A stretch of 64,000 nt of DNA from a virus. Taxonomy: Duplodnaviria > Caudoviricetes. The stretch is from the IMG/VR virus record IMGVR_UViG_3300031998_000039, positions 34,756 to 98,755 of that record. The stretch is one strand, 5' to 3'. This document shows, piece after piece, positions 18,469 through 27,227 of the stretch (positions are counted from its first letter, which is position 1; each line of letters opens with the position of its first letter). A model generated the notes under the pieces. It ran no database searches and had not been told where the DNA came from. It saw nothing but the letters and a program-made list of their open reading frames with translations. A program made the translations under genes and the position numbers.

Positions 18469-19522
18469 CTAAAATGGTTCTTTTAATTCTGCCTCACATT
18501 TAGGACATATTTTTGGACAATCATCGTATTGATACCAGTAGCCACACTCTGAACAACAGTACCCATAAACATTTTGATTATTAAAAAATCCACCATTTAT
18601 CCAATGTGGTATCCATTTTCCGATTTTTTTATTCTTCTCCGTCATCTTCTACAAACTCCCATGCAATATTCTTGTATAGCCACTGTCTTGACATATCGCA
18701 AGCATCATATCTACTCATACTTTCAATATGGGGTTTAATTGTTCCACTAATCTCCCAACCAATAATAGTTGCAGGAATTGCAGTGCATTGCATAACAATA
18801 AGATATTTGGTTGTTTGAATTACTTCTGCTTCATATACCACTTTACAATGATGTTCTCTGCCATTGATATCATAATCATGCGTATTTAATTCATCACTGG
18901 CGTTAGCATAAAAAAACTTATCCCCAACTTTAACATGAAGCAGTTCGTTAGGTGTCAGTGCTTGCATACGTTTAAAGTCCACATAACAGTTCATTCTTCT
19001 TCTCCTTATTCAGTTTTATTGATACATCCAGCTATAATTGATTTGCACTCTGTTGGATATTTATATTGGAATGTTGACCAAACATATACTTGTTCATCTG
19101 GCTTAATCTCACCGCTTGCATCGTAATACTTATTATGAATACGTGTTATAAAGTGATTCATAACCGGCATATAACAAATGATCCCGCCGAATCTTTCTTC
19201 AAGTATTTTTGCAAACCAATAACAATATCCGAATAAGAAAAGTGTTTTAGCTGAACCAAAACCTTCAATAAATTTTAATATCTCACTCTCAGTCATTTTC
19301 ATTTTCCGCCCTTAATATTTTTAATGCTTCAACTGCATCGAATCGTGTTGTAAATACATACTTATCAAGCATATCGAATTTAAATAGGTGCGCCTGTTTT
19401 GTTTTTTCATCAACCCCAACCGCATAATCTTCGCCAACAGTACGGATAACCAATTCAATTACTTCATAGGTATTACAACTTGGAACTACATCACATAAGA
19501 AAACCCTGTCATCCTTTAACAT
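18469..19522 (-). CDS. Four small hypothetical proteins (18469-18645 zinc ribbon, 18629-18994, 19006-19302, 19289-19522)
   Basis: Coupled ORFs with RBS. Confidence 0.55.
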
Positions 19523-19743
19523 CTTTTTCCTCCCATAATTTATATCGTGTTGCTTTAAAAGAAAAGGCTTTGCAAATTCAACCGAATGTATACAAACAGC
19601 ATTTACAAAGCCTTTTTAATTGTGAGTTTTAAATCATCACTGGATTTGCTGTGAGTGTATCTGGGGGAATATTCATTCCCATCCCGAATAAATAATCTAC
19701 TCCCCATCGTCGTGCTGTGCCTGAGCATGATGTTGTAGGATAA

Positions 19744-19815
19744 CAGAGGCTGAAGGTAACGCTCCTTCTTCGTCTGGTTCAAAGCCAGAAATGTCCACTT
19801 GTCCACTAAGCCCCT
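19744..19815 (-). tRNA. tRNA-Gln(TTG) with atypical T loop
   Basis: AGGGGCT/AGCCTCT+G73; anticodon arm TCTGG-CTTTGAA-CCAGA; T arm GAAGG-AGCGTTA-CCTTC. Confidence 0.8.
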
Positions 19816-19925
19816 ATATTTTATGAGTTGCACATCTAAACCTAATGGTTGTTAGCCAATGAGGAACACACTTCGATAGTTTTTTGAGATTAATTTGCTT
19901 TAAGTTTCGGCGCATTAAGCCGAAA

Positions 19926-19993
19926 TGGACGGAAGAGGAGTCGAACCTCTAACTACTTGACACAAGTTGTTCTTCCAATTGAACTATCCGCCC
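19926..19993 (-). ncRNA. tRNA-like RNA with G3.U70/A73 and truncated anticodon arm
   Basis: GGGCGGA/TCCGTCC+A; D arm GTTC/GAAC; ACTTG-TGT-CAAGT; T arm AGAGG-TTCGACT-CCTCT; 68 nt. Confidence 0.8.
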
Positions 19994-20040
19994 TACCAAA
20001 ACATGGCAAGAAAAGTTTTTGCTTTTACATATTTAGGGGA

Positions 20041-20114
20041 CGATCATGACGGGACTTGAACCCGTGACCTCCAACGTGACAGACTGGCGTTCTAACCAAC
20101 TGAACTACATGACC
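20041..20114 (-). tRNA. tRNA-Asp(GTC)
   Basis: Cloverleaf GGTCATG/CATGATC+G, loop CT-GTC-AC. Confidence 0.92.
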
Positions 20115-20117
20115 AAA

Positions 20118-20190
20118 CGGCTCCAGCAGGACTTGAACCTACGACACCCTGATTAACAGTCAGATGCTCTACCAACTGAGCTATGGAGCC
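20118..20190 (-). tRNA. tRNA-Asn(GTT)
   Basis: Cloverleaf GGCTCCA/TGGAGCC+G, loop CT-GTT-AA. Confidence 0.94.
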
Positions 20191-20257
20191 ATATCTGCTT
20201 CTAACCTTTAATAGGATTAAAAGCAGATTTTAAGAAAGCACATGATATGAAAAATAC

Positions 20258-20328
20258 AGCCTTCAGACGGATTCGAACCGCCATAGCTTGATTACAGGTC
20301 AAGAGTACTACCGTTGTACGATGAAGGC
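20258..20328 (-). tRNA. tRNA-Thr(TGT) with C33
   Basis: GCCTTCA/TGAAGGC+T; CTTGA-CCTGTAA-TCAAG; T loop TTCGAAT. Confidence 0.8.
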
Positions 20329-20381
20329 TTGACCATTACTGGTCATATATCAAAAGAGGTTTCAAATGGGGTATCACGTAA

Positions 20382-20453
20382 TTGCAGAAGCGGGATTCGA
20401 ACCCGCGTCTCAGCCTTATGAGGGCTGCGAGGCATCCACTCCTCTATTCTGCG
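20382..20453 (-). tRNA. tRNA-Met(CAT), initiator-like
   Basis: C1xA72 mismatch, A11-U24, loop CT-CAT-AA. Confidence 0.85.
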
Positions 20454-20604
20454 ATAACGCTCGATCTTAACCAGCCTACATCGAGCATAGGTTTTTTGTA
20501 TGTATTATCGGGGAGGATAGTACATACATGGGAGGGCTTGCTATCCAAACAAGCCAAGCAATAGGTGTCCCCCGTGTCATATTAAACACTCCTATTGCTT
20601 AAAA

Positions 20605-20661
20605 CGGGCGGGCGAGATTTGAACCTCGCCTACATTGCTGTATGGGGATAGTACCACGCCC
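20605..20661 (-). ncRNA. Miniature tRNA-like element
   Basis: GGGCG/CGCCC stem; T-like arm GGCGAG-GTTCAAAT-CTCGCC; no anticodon arm. Confidence 0.55.
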
Positions 20662-20706
20662 TAATGAAAGGAAAACTGTATCATGACAAGACACTATGAA
20701 ATGTCG

Positions 20707-21422
20707 TCAATACTCATCTGTACGCCAATCGAAATTGCGAAATCTTGCTTCAGGATATACAAAATTAATTATTTCTGCATCTGTATAACCGTTACGCTCC
20801 ATTTCTTCAGCCAAAGCTTTACGCCAATGATTATGCATTGGACGATGTATTCCCTCGATTGTAGCTTTTTCACCTTGTTCTTTAACACGTTCAATTATAC
20901 GTTTATCGTTCCAATCACTTAAACGACTTGTGTCAAAAGGAATCTTCTTACGTTTGCAACGTCTATATTCTCTTAAGATATCGTTTAACTGCCATGTTAA
21001 CATATCGGTTTCTTCATAATCTATCCAGCTACCTGATAAATAGGCTTTATAAACCCCATCATGACAGAATGATAAATACGGCACATAAGGATAATAAGGT
21101 ATCAAATCTCTTGGCTCATTCAATTTAATTGGATAATTTCTTTCATCCTTAGTTATGTATAACTGAATTTTATCTATATCATATCTGCCTATCATAACTA
21201 CGCTATCATACAAATCACATTTGCCGCTAAATTGACTCATATCTTTACCTCGTTGGGTATTGTAACCCTTTGATCATCAGCAATACTTGGAAGCAGATGA
21301 AATAGATTCTTCAATGCATTAACTGCAGCTTCTTTTGTTGCCGCTTCAATTTTGTGTCCTTCAGAATCTTCTGCTGTCCAAGGGAATCGCTTGTTATTTG
21401 TTCTATAAGTTTTTATTTCCAT
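20707..21422 (-). CDS. Two hypothetical proteins (20707-21240; 21237-21422)
   Basis: Coupled ORFs downstream of a promoter. Confidence 0.6.
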
Positions 21423-21451
21423 GTTGTTGGTTCCTTAATTTTTATAGTGAT

Positions 21452-21480
21452 ATAATACCATATAACTTTTATTTTGTCAA
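21452..21480 (-). promoter_or_regulatory. SigmaA promoter upstream of the tRNA cluster
   Basis: TTGACA-17 nt-TATTAT with extended -10 TG. Confidence 0.75.
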
Positions 21481-21501
21481 CACATAATTTTTAGATTGAT
21501 G

Positions 21502-24500
21502 CTATTTTTTTAAAACTTTATACTTTTTAATAACATCTTCTGTAACATTATTATCCTGTGTCCAATTATCATTAGCATCTTTACGCCACTTGCCTTCAGG
21601 ATTAATCTCAAGAACTTGCACGACATTCTTTTCAGACACCGGCAACTGCTTGGTTAATGATCCACGGATTCGATATTCAACTGTCTTGCCTGTAGCAATC
21701 TGATACATCTTGTATTTAGATCCTTTTATTTCGGTTACAAAATACCAACTATCTGAAACATTAGGAGCAACTACTGTTGGCATGCCAGTCAATTCAAATG
21801 CATAAATTAATTTATCAATTAAAGATGTTGTGCCTTTCTGGTAAATCTGAGCTTCAATTGATACTAAATCATACCACTTTTTGCGTGTCTTATACTTCTT
21901 GTATAAAGTAAGAATATTTAGCAAATAATTAATGTCACCAAACTCTGAAAAATAATCCAGTTTAACAAGTGATTCTATTTGACGCACGTCAATCTTTAAA
22001 TCTTTAAGGTCAGCCAATAAATCAATAAACTGTGGTTCGCATTTTTCTTCACCCTGATTAAATAGGGTAATATCTCTAACCACATCATAAGGTTTATCAT
22101 ATAAAGATTTTAATGACTCATATGCATCTTTCGACATATATGGAACTTCTGACAATCCTTTATATATTACTCGTTGTTCGGGATCGCAACTATAATCCCA
22201 ATTAGCAAATCTAAATTTAACAGATTCAAATTTGATGCCTAAATCACGAGCAAGCTGCTGTCCATTAAATAAATCATCATCATTCTTGGCACACATTAAG
22301 TATGCAGTACAATATTGTACAGGATAATAGTGTCGATAATATCCGCAAAGATATGACAGTAAGCTGTATCCAAGGGCGTGGTTTTTATTAAACATGTAAG
22401 AACTGGCATCTTCAATAACCTGAAGGAAGTTCTTGGCTTCTTGTTCCGCAACCTCACGAGGCTTATCTGATTTAGAACAATATCCTTCAAGGATTTGTGG
22501 CATTGCTTTTGCTATCTTATCTGCGTCCTTTTTGCCTATAGCACGTCTTATACTATCCGCATCAGAACCACTAAATCCACAAACATACTGTAAGAAAGCG
22601 GTAACCTCTTCTTGATATGAAAGATATCCATAGCTTTCACTCAAAATGTTATTTATTAATTCAGAACCATTATCATTTACTTCATGGTTAAATAATCGTT
22701 CACGATATGACGCACCGCCGGGACGTAACGCAGCATTAACAAGAGTGATATCCTCAATGCTATGACAACCCATTTTCTTAAAACAATCTTTAGCATATTG
22801 AGATTCAAACTGAAAGATTGTAATAGGATTATTATTCATATCATTAAATACATCTTGGTCATTGAAATTTATCTCGTGTGCTTTTGGGAAATATTGTCCT
22901 ATCATTTTACATGTTTTATCAATAACTCCGATAGTTTTAAGTCCAAGGATATCATACTTAATTAATCCTAATGCATGACAATAATCCATATCAAGCGGAA
23001 GAATTTGTTGTCCATCACTGCCTAAAAACATTCCGCAATAATTAATAAGGTTCATAGGACTAGCTACAATTCCTGCAGGATGTTGAGATTGAGAAACTAC
23101 GCAATCTTTAATCCCATCAAAATAATAAAATACTTCAGGATATTTAGCTTTTGTTCCTTCAGGATCAGCTTCGTATTCTGATTTAATATATTCCATTTTC
23201 TCAAGATTATATGGAGAGTCAGGATTCTTAACACATAAAGCTTTGCATATAACGGCAATTGCACTTTTATCAGCTAATGTACCTAAAGCAAGGATATAAG
23301 ATGTACGTTGTTTGCCAAATCGATTAATAATATAATCATATATTTTCCCACGATCATCTTCATACCAATCAGTGTCAATGTCACCTGCTTCTACTCTATG
23401 CTCGTTACAAAATCTTGAAAATATTGTATTCCATTTAATAGGATCAACATCGGTTATATTTGTTATAAATGCTACTACAGAACCCGACACTGAACCTCTT
23501 GAGAATCCAGTTGCAATATGATTTTCTCTTGCCCATGTCATCATTTCAGACATAAACAACATAAATCCAACCATATTAACCTTTTTAAAGACCGCCATTT
23601 CTTCTTTAATTTGGTCTACATATGCTTTGTCATTAGTAATAATCCCTGCGTCACGCTTCTGCTTATAATTACGTTTGATAGTATCCCACATAACTTCTTC
23701 GTCTTTATCACCATAAAGGAATGGATATTTGTCATGTGTATCAAACACTAACTCTTCACAACTGTCCGCCATGACGTTGGTGTTCTCAATCGCTTTCAGA
23801 TACTCCTCCTGTGGGAGGATACCCTGTTCACGAAACTTATCAACCAATTCGTCATAAGTTTTAAATGTCAAGTCACATTCATTCTCTGAATCTCCCCATG
23901 CACCCTCAGTTTTGCCATACTGAAGAATAGTTCGACACTCCGCTTTATACTTATCCAAGCTATGGGTATCGGTGCCGGTAATTAAGGATTTACCAAACCG
24001 CTTGCTTAACTCCCACAGGTACTTGGTATATTCAAGATTGTCAGGGAAGCAGTGGTACTGTATCTCATAGTAATCATAATGTTTAACCATTGCGAGATAT
24101 TTTTGCTTGCGAGCATAAGTATCGCCTTCGTCTGCCAATATTGATTTACGGAACTGCCAAAGTGGACTCTGAATACAAGCAGATATCTTGATAACATTAT
24201 CTGATATTGCAAGAAACTCATCAACTGTAATTCTTGGCTTATAATAAAAGTGATCTTTTTGATATGACAAGAAAAACAACTGATTAATTTCCTCAAAGCC
24301 CTTTTGGTTTTTAGCAATCAGAACTGTATGCCAGTTATCCTTACGCTTTTCTTCAAGGGTTTCAGTAATATAACACTCAATACCATGAAGATATTTTAAC
24401 CCGTATTTATCGCAGAGTTGTTTTTTCTGATACCAGTTAAAACAGTTCCCATGCTCACTAAATCCAAACGTTTTTATGCCAAGTTCGGACGCACGTTTAA

Positions 24501-24576
24501 TATATGACTCAGGATCAGTAACAGAATCCAATAGGGAATAATATGTATGAACATGATATGGTACATAGTTGCTCAT
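21502..24576 (-). CDS. dnaE: DNA polymerase III alpha subunit (family C)
   Basis: PHP HVHTYYSLLD, SRGSVSGS, DIDTD, HPAG, KYDILGL, FQFES, YQEE, FNKNHA. Confidence 0.96.
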   Translation of the reverse strand: MSNYVPYHVHTYYSLLDSVTDPESYIKRASELGIKTFGFSEHGNCFNWYQKKQLCDKYGLKYLHGIECYITETLEEKRKDNWHTVLIAKNQKGFEEINQLFFLSYQKDHFYYKPRITVDEFLAISDNVIKISACIQSPLWQFRKSILADEGDTYARKQKYLAMVKHYDYYEIQYHCFPDNLEYTKYLWELSKRFGKSLITGTDTHSLDKYKAECRTILQYGKTEGAWGDSENECDLTFKTYDELVDKFREQGILPQEEYLKAIENTNVMADSCEELVFDTHDKYPFLYGDKDEEVMWDTIKRNYKQKRDAGIITNDKAYVDQIKEEMAVFKKVNMVGFMLFMSEMMTWARENHIATGFSRGSVSGSVVAFITNITDVDPIKWNTIFSRFCNEHRVEAGDIDTDWYEDDRGKIYDYIINRFGKQRTSYILALGTLADKSAIAVICKALCVKNPDSPYNLEKMEYIKSEYEADPEGTKAKYPEVFYYFDGIKDCVVSQSQHPAGIVASPMNLINYCGMFLGSDGQQILPLDMDYCHALGLIKYDILGLKTIGVIDKTCKMIGQYFPKAHEINFNDQDVFNDMNNNPITIFQFESQYAKDCFKKMGCHSIEDITLVNAALRPGGASYRERLFNHEVNDNGSELINNILSESYGYLSYQEEVTAFLQYVCGFSGSDADSIRRAIGKKDADKIAKAMPQILEGYCSKSDKPREVAEQEAKNFLQVIEDASSYMFNKNHALGYSLLSYLCGYYRHYYPVQYCTAYLMCAKNDDDLFNGQQLARDLGIKFESVKFRFANWDYSCDPEQRVIYKGLSEVPYMSKDAYESLKSLYDKPYDVVRDITLFNQGEEKCEPQFIDLLADLKDLKIDVRQIESLVKLDYFSEFGDINYLLNILTLYKKYKTRKKWYDLVSIEAQIYQKGTTSLIDKLIYAFELTGMPTVVAPNVSDSWYFVTEIKGSKYKMYQIATGKTVEYRIRGSLTKQLPVSEKNVVQVLEINPEGKWRKDANDNWTQDNNVTEDVIKKYKVLKK

Positions 24577-25649
24577 ATCTCATTCTCCTTCTTTGGTAAA
24601 GGATGTTCTTCAAGATAATCATGTATATGTGGACAATCCCTAAAGTGCGGACAAAGATTCAGACAAAACCAACAATCGCTTACGGTCTTCCCATTAGTTT
24701 GTGTCTTATAAAACTTTCTTGGTGTATAAGCACTGACATCTTTATTCTTAAGACTTTCCCATAAAGTAATTGTATCTTTAATATATTTCTTACAATCCTC
24801 AATTACTTCATTGTCAACAGGATACTCCACTATGCATGGTTCCATCCAGAACTTTGATCTAACTTCTTCAGGTAATCCATCAAACTTGTTAGTCTGTTTC
24901 AAATCCATTAAAAATATATCAGCTTCAAACTCATCGTATCTGGCACGAGTTAATTCGGAGTCAACATATTTTTCCATTTCATCATAAATTTTTTTGCGCT
25001 CAATGATTTTAGTTTTAGGATTACCCTTAAGGTCAACATATCCTACATTAACATACTTCATAAAATGCCATGCAATTTTATTAACCTTAAATCCCTCTTG
25101 CTGCTTACCTAACATATAAATGATAAGCTGACGGGCATGAGCATCCATATCTTTAGAACTATACATACTGCTCGACTTATGGTCATAGATATTAATAACA
25201 CCATCTTCAACATTATCAATCAAGTCAATATAGCCCTGAATATAATGCCCATCATCTGTCTTATATATAAATAACTGCTCTGTATCAAACTTTTTATCTT
25301 TCGGGAAATCAAAAGTTTCACAAAAGTGCGAAATATCTGCTATCCAGCCTTCACGGATTTTATCTGAAGGGAAATTAATACCAAGCATATCCATGTCTTC
25401 TAATTCAGATTTCATAGCAGGAAGTAAGTCCTCTTTTGTAGCAGTGCCATTTGCCATACCTTCAAGGACATCATGCAGCTTGCCACCCATGATAGCATAG
25501 ATATTATTCCCGCCACGATTATCCAGTCGGTATGTTAAATAAGCTGAAAAAAGGCATGAATTAATCGTATCCAATTTGGATATGGAATATAACTCAACGC
25601 CTTTATTCTGCAACTCTTTTATTCTTCTGTCTTCTGCTCGTTCTCCCAT
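24573..25649 (-). CDS. PD-(D/E)XK / Cas4-like exonuclease
   Basis: GGKLHDVLE, GYIDL, IYDHKSS, QLIIY; N-terminal Cys plus C-terminal CxxxCxxxxxC (Fe-S staple). Confidence 0.82.
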   Translation of the reverse strand: MGERAEDRRIKELQNKGVELYSISKLDTINSCLFSAYLTYRLDNRGGNNIYAIMGGKLHDVLEGMANGTATKEDLLPAMKSELEDMDMLGINFPSDKIREGWIADISHFCETFDFPKDKKFDTEQLFIYKTDDGHYIQGYIDLIDNVEDGVINIYDHKSSSMYSSKDMDAHARQLIIYMLGKQQEGFKVNKIAWHFMKYVNVGYVDLKGNPKTKIIERKKIYDEMEKYVDSELTRARYDEFEADIFLMDLKQTNKFDGLPEEVRSKFWMEPCIVEYPVDNEVIEDCKKYIKDTITLWESLKNKDVSAYTPRKFYKTQTNGKTVSDCWFCLNLCPHFRDCPHIHDYLEEHPLPKKENEI

Positions 25650-25831
25650 GACTGATCCTCCTCATCTTCATCCTCATCTGGAATTGCTATTCGATATTCT
25701 ATTTCTGCTCCACAATTGGTGCAGTGGCATATATGAACTATGCCCTCTCCTTCGTAACACATATCTGAGAAGTCAAAATCTGCATCCCATATAACTGCTT
25801 TTCTTAAGCAATGAAAACATTCATACCACCT

Positions 25832-26326
25832 TTAATCCGTATCTTTTAAAAAGGCAATCCAGTGTGTTTTATTAAGCTTGCCAACCTGATGCCCATATAA
25901 TGGTTTAAAAGGAATAACAGATAACACCTTGCTAACGGGAATATCTGTTTCGTTCCATTTAAATATCAGAGTTCCGTTTGGTTTTAATACTCGCATACAT
26001 TCACAAAATGCATCATGTAAAAATTTATCCCAGTTAGTCTTATCCAACTTACCATATTTCTTACACATCCAAGCGTTATCACCAATAGATGTTAAATGTG
26101 GAGGATCGAATACAATATGATAAAATGAATTGTCTTCATATGGCAAGTTAGTAACATCACAAATTTTATCAGGCAAAACAGATATATGACGCTCGTTTTT
26201 ACCATCAGCGCTGCGATAGATTACTTCATCTTCAATCTCGCGTATATCACAATATTCAACAATGGGATTATGTTTATCAAACCAAAACATTTTAGAACCA
26301 CAACAAGGATCTAACACCTTTTTCAT
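25832..26326 (-). CDS. SAM-dependent (DNA adenine) methyltransferase
   Basis: VLDPCCGSKMFWFDK, VFDPPH, RVLKPNG, FKW. Confidence 0.88.
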   Translation of the reverse strand: MKKVLDPCCGSKMFWFDKHNPIVEYCDIREIEDEVIYRSADGKNERHISVLPDKICDVTNLPYEDNSFYHIVFDPPHLTSIGDNAWMCKKYGKLDKTNWDKFLHDAFCECMRVLKPNGTLIFKWNETDIPVSKVLSVIPFKPLYGHQVGKLNKTHWIAFLKDTD

Positions 26327-26841
26327 GCCACTTCTCCTTTATATTCAAGAGTTACTAATGTGTCATTCTTGCTACCACCATGTGATACTATCAATACCTT
26401 TGTCATTTCAAAACCTCTGCCCTTACCAAGCCCATTGGTATTCCAGCCACAACAGATTACTCTGCCACCCTTTTTAAGGATTCTTGCAATATTATCCTTG
26501 CATTCTGCCCAGTACTTCATATTAGATATACTTATTTCAAGCTTGTCTTTACCATAGCTTTTATACATTTCGGCAGCTTGTGAAATGGAGTACGGTGGAT
26601 CGTATAACACAAGGTCTGCGCTGTTGTCTGGCAAACTCTTTAAAAACTCTAATGCGTCCATGTTGTAATCCGTTTGATATTCAGGATTCAAATCATTTGT
26701 AATAGTCCCATACTTACAACCATTAGCAAAAGGATCTACAATGACACCACCCTTATTAACTTCCGCTTCAACAAACTCTTTAATTGGTTTTATAGTAAAA
26801 GTTTTGCTATTAGGCATTGCCCATGTTTTTTCGATATTCAT
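26323..26841 (-). CDS. Adenine-specific DNA methyltransferase
   Basis: WAMPN, VDPFAN, LYDPPYS, HGGSKNDT. Confidence 0.88.
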   Translation of the reverse strand: MNIEKTWAMPNSKTFTIKPIKEFVEAEVNKGGVIVDPFANGCKYGTITNDLNPEYQTDYNMDALEFLKSLPDNSADLVLYDPPYSISQAAEMYKSYGKDKLEISISNMKYWAECKDNIARILKKGGRVICCGWNTNGLGKGRGFEMTKVLIVSHGGSKNDTLVTLEYKGEVA

Positions 26842-26846
26842 AATTT

Positions 26847-27227
26847 TTAGCCCCTTACTCCATTTTCTATTATTTTATTAATTAAATTAACAACATCTGC
26901 ATTATTGTTATATGATATCTGGTGTCCCATATCTTTTATATGATATGTCATCATTTTGCGTAATGTTTTTTCAAATATTGCAGCGTCAAATTTTAGTTTA
27001 TAAGTATAAGTCATATTATTTATCCACTGCGTAACCATCATAGTGCATTGATCTGTCCCACGATGCTGAATGTTAAAACCAAGCGCTCCTTGATTTATAG
27101 TGCTAAATGAAACTATAAGTGTATAAACTGTATAATCCTGACTAAATACTGTTAAATAAGTTTGGAAAACATCTTTTTCGTTATTATTGTTAATAATGTC
27201 TTGTATTTTAATCTTATGTAGCATCAT
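26847..27227 (-). CDS. Hypothetical protein
   Basis: ORF in operon. Confidence 0.5.
   Translation of the reverse strand: MMLHKIKIQDIINNNNEKDVFQTYLTVFSQDYTVYTLIVSFSTINQGALGFNIQHRGTDQCTMMVTQWINNMTYTYKLKFDAAIFEKTLRKMMTYHIKDMGHQISYNNNADVVNLINKIIENGVRG

Larger units (their letters stand above)
16853..18479 (-). repeat. Array of repeated gene-junction motifs TAACCC(C/A)ATA(A/T)AACCA and AACCATTTTAG(GAGG)
   Basis: First motif at 16853-68, 17391-406, 17610-25, 17987-18002, 18242-60; second at about 17214-30, 17600-16, 18234-47, 18391-407, 18469-79. Confidence 0.85.

Noticed and set aside
16853-18479. CRISPR array or classical integron attC array
   Set aside because: The spacers are whole genes of variable length; there is no RYYYAAC...GTTRRRY inverted structure, and no cas or IntI gene.
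19603-19833. 76-aa ORF
   Set aside because: Overlaps tRNA-Gln and structured RNA; no RBS.
20382-20564. 60-aa + strand ORF
   Set aside because: Antisense to tRNA-Met.
19744-20661. Theta (HDV-like) ribozymes in tRNA trailers, or a tmRNA gene
   Set aside because: I could not build the nested HDV pseudoknot at any trailer, and no tag ORF is enclosed by the Ala-type acceptor.
21237-21422. HicB-like antitoxin
   Set aside because: Only a vague AATKEAAVN resemblance, and it is 39 kb from hicA.
21502-24576. Intein or intron in DnaE (also looked for in NrdD and the helicase)
   Set aside because: Normal lengths and continuous motifs; no splice-junction signatures seen.
24573-25649. CRISPR-associated Cas4
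   Set aside because: It is a solo nuclease in the replication operon with no array or cas1/cas2.
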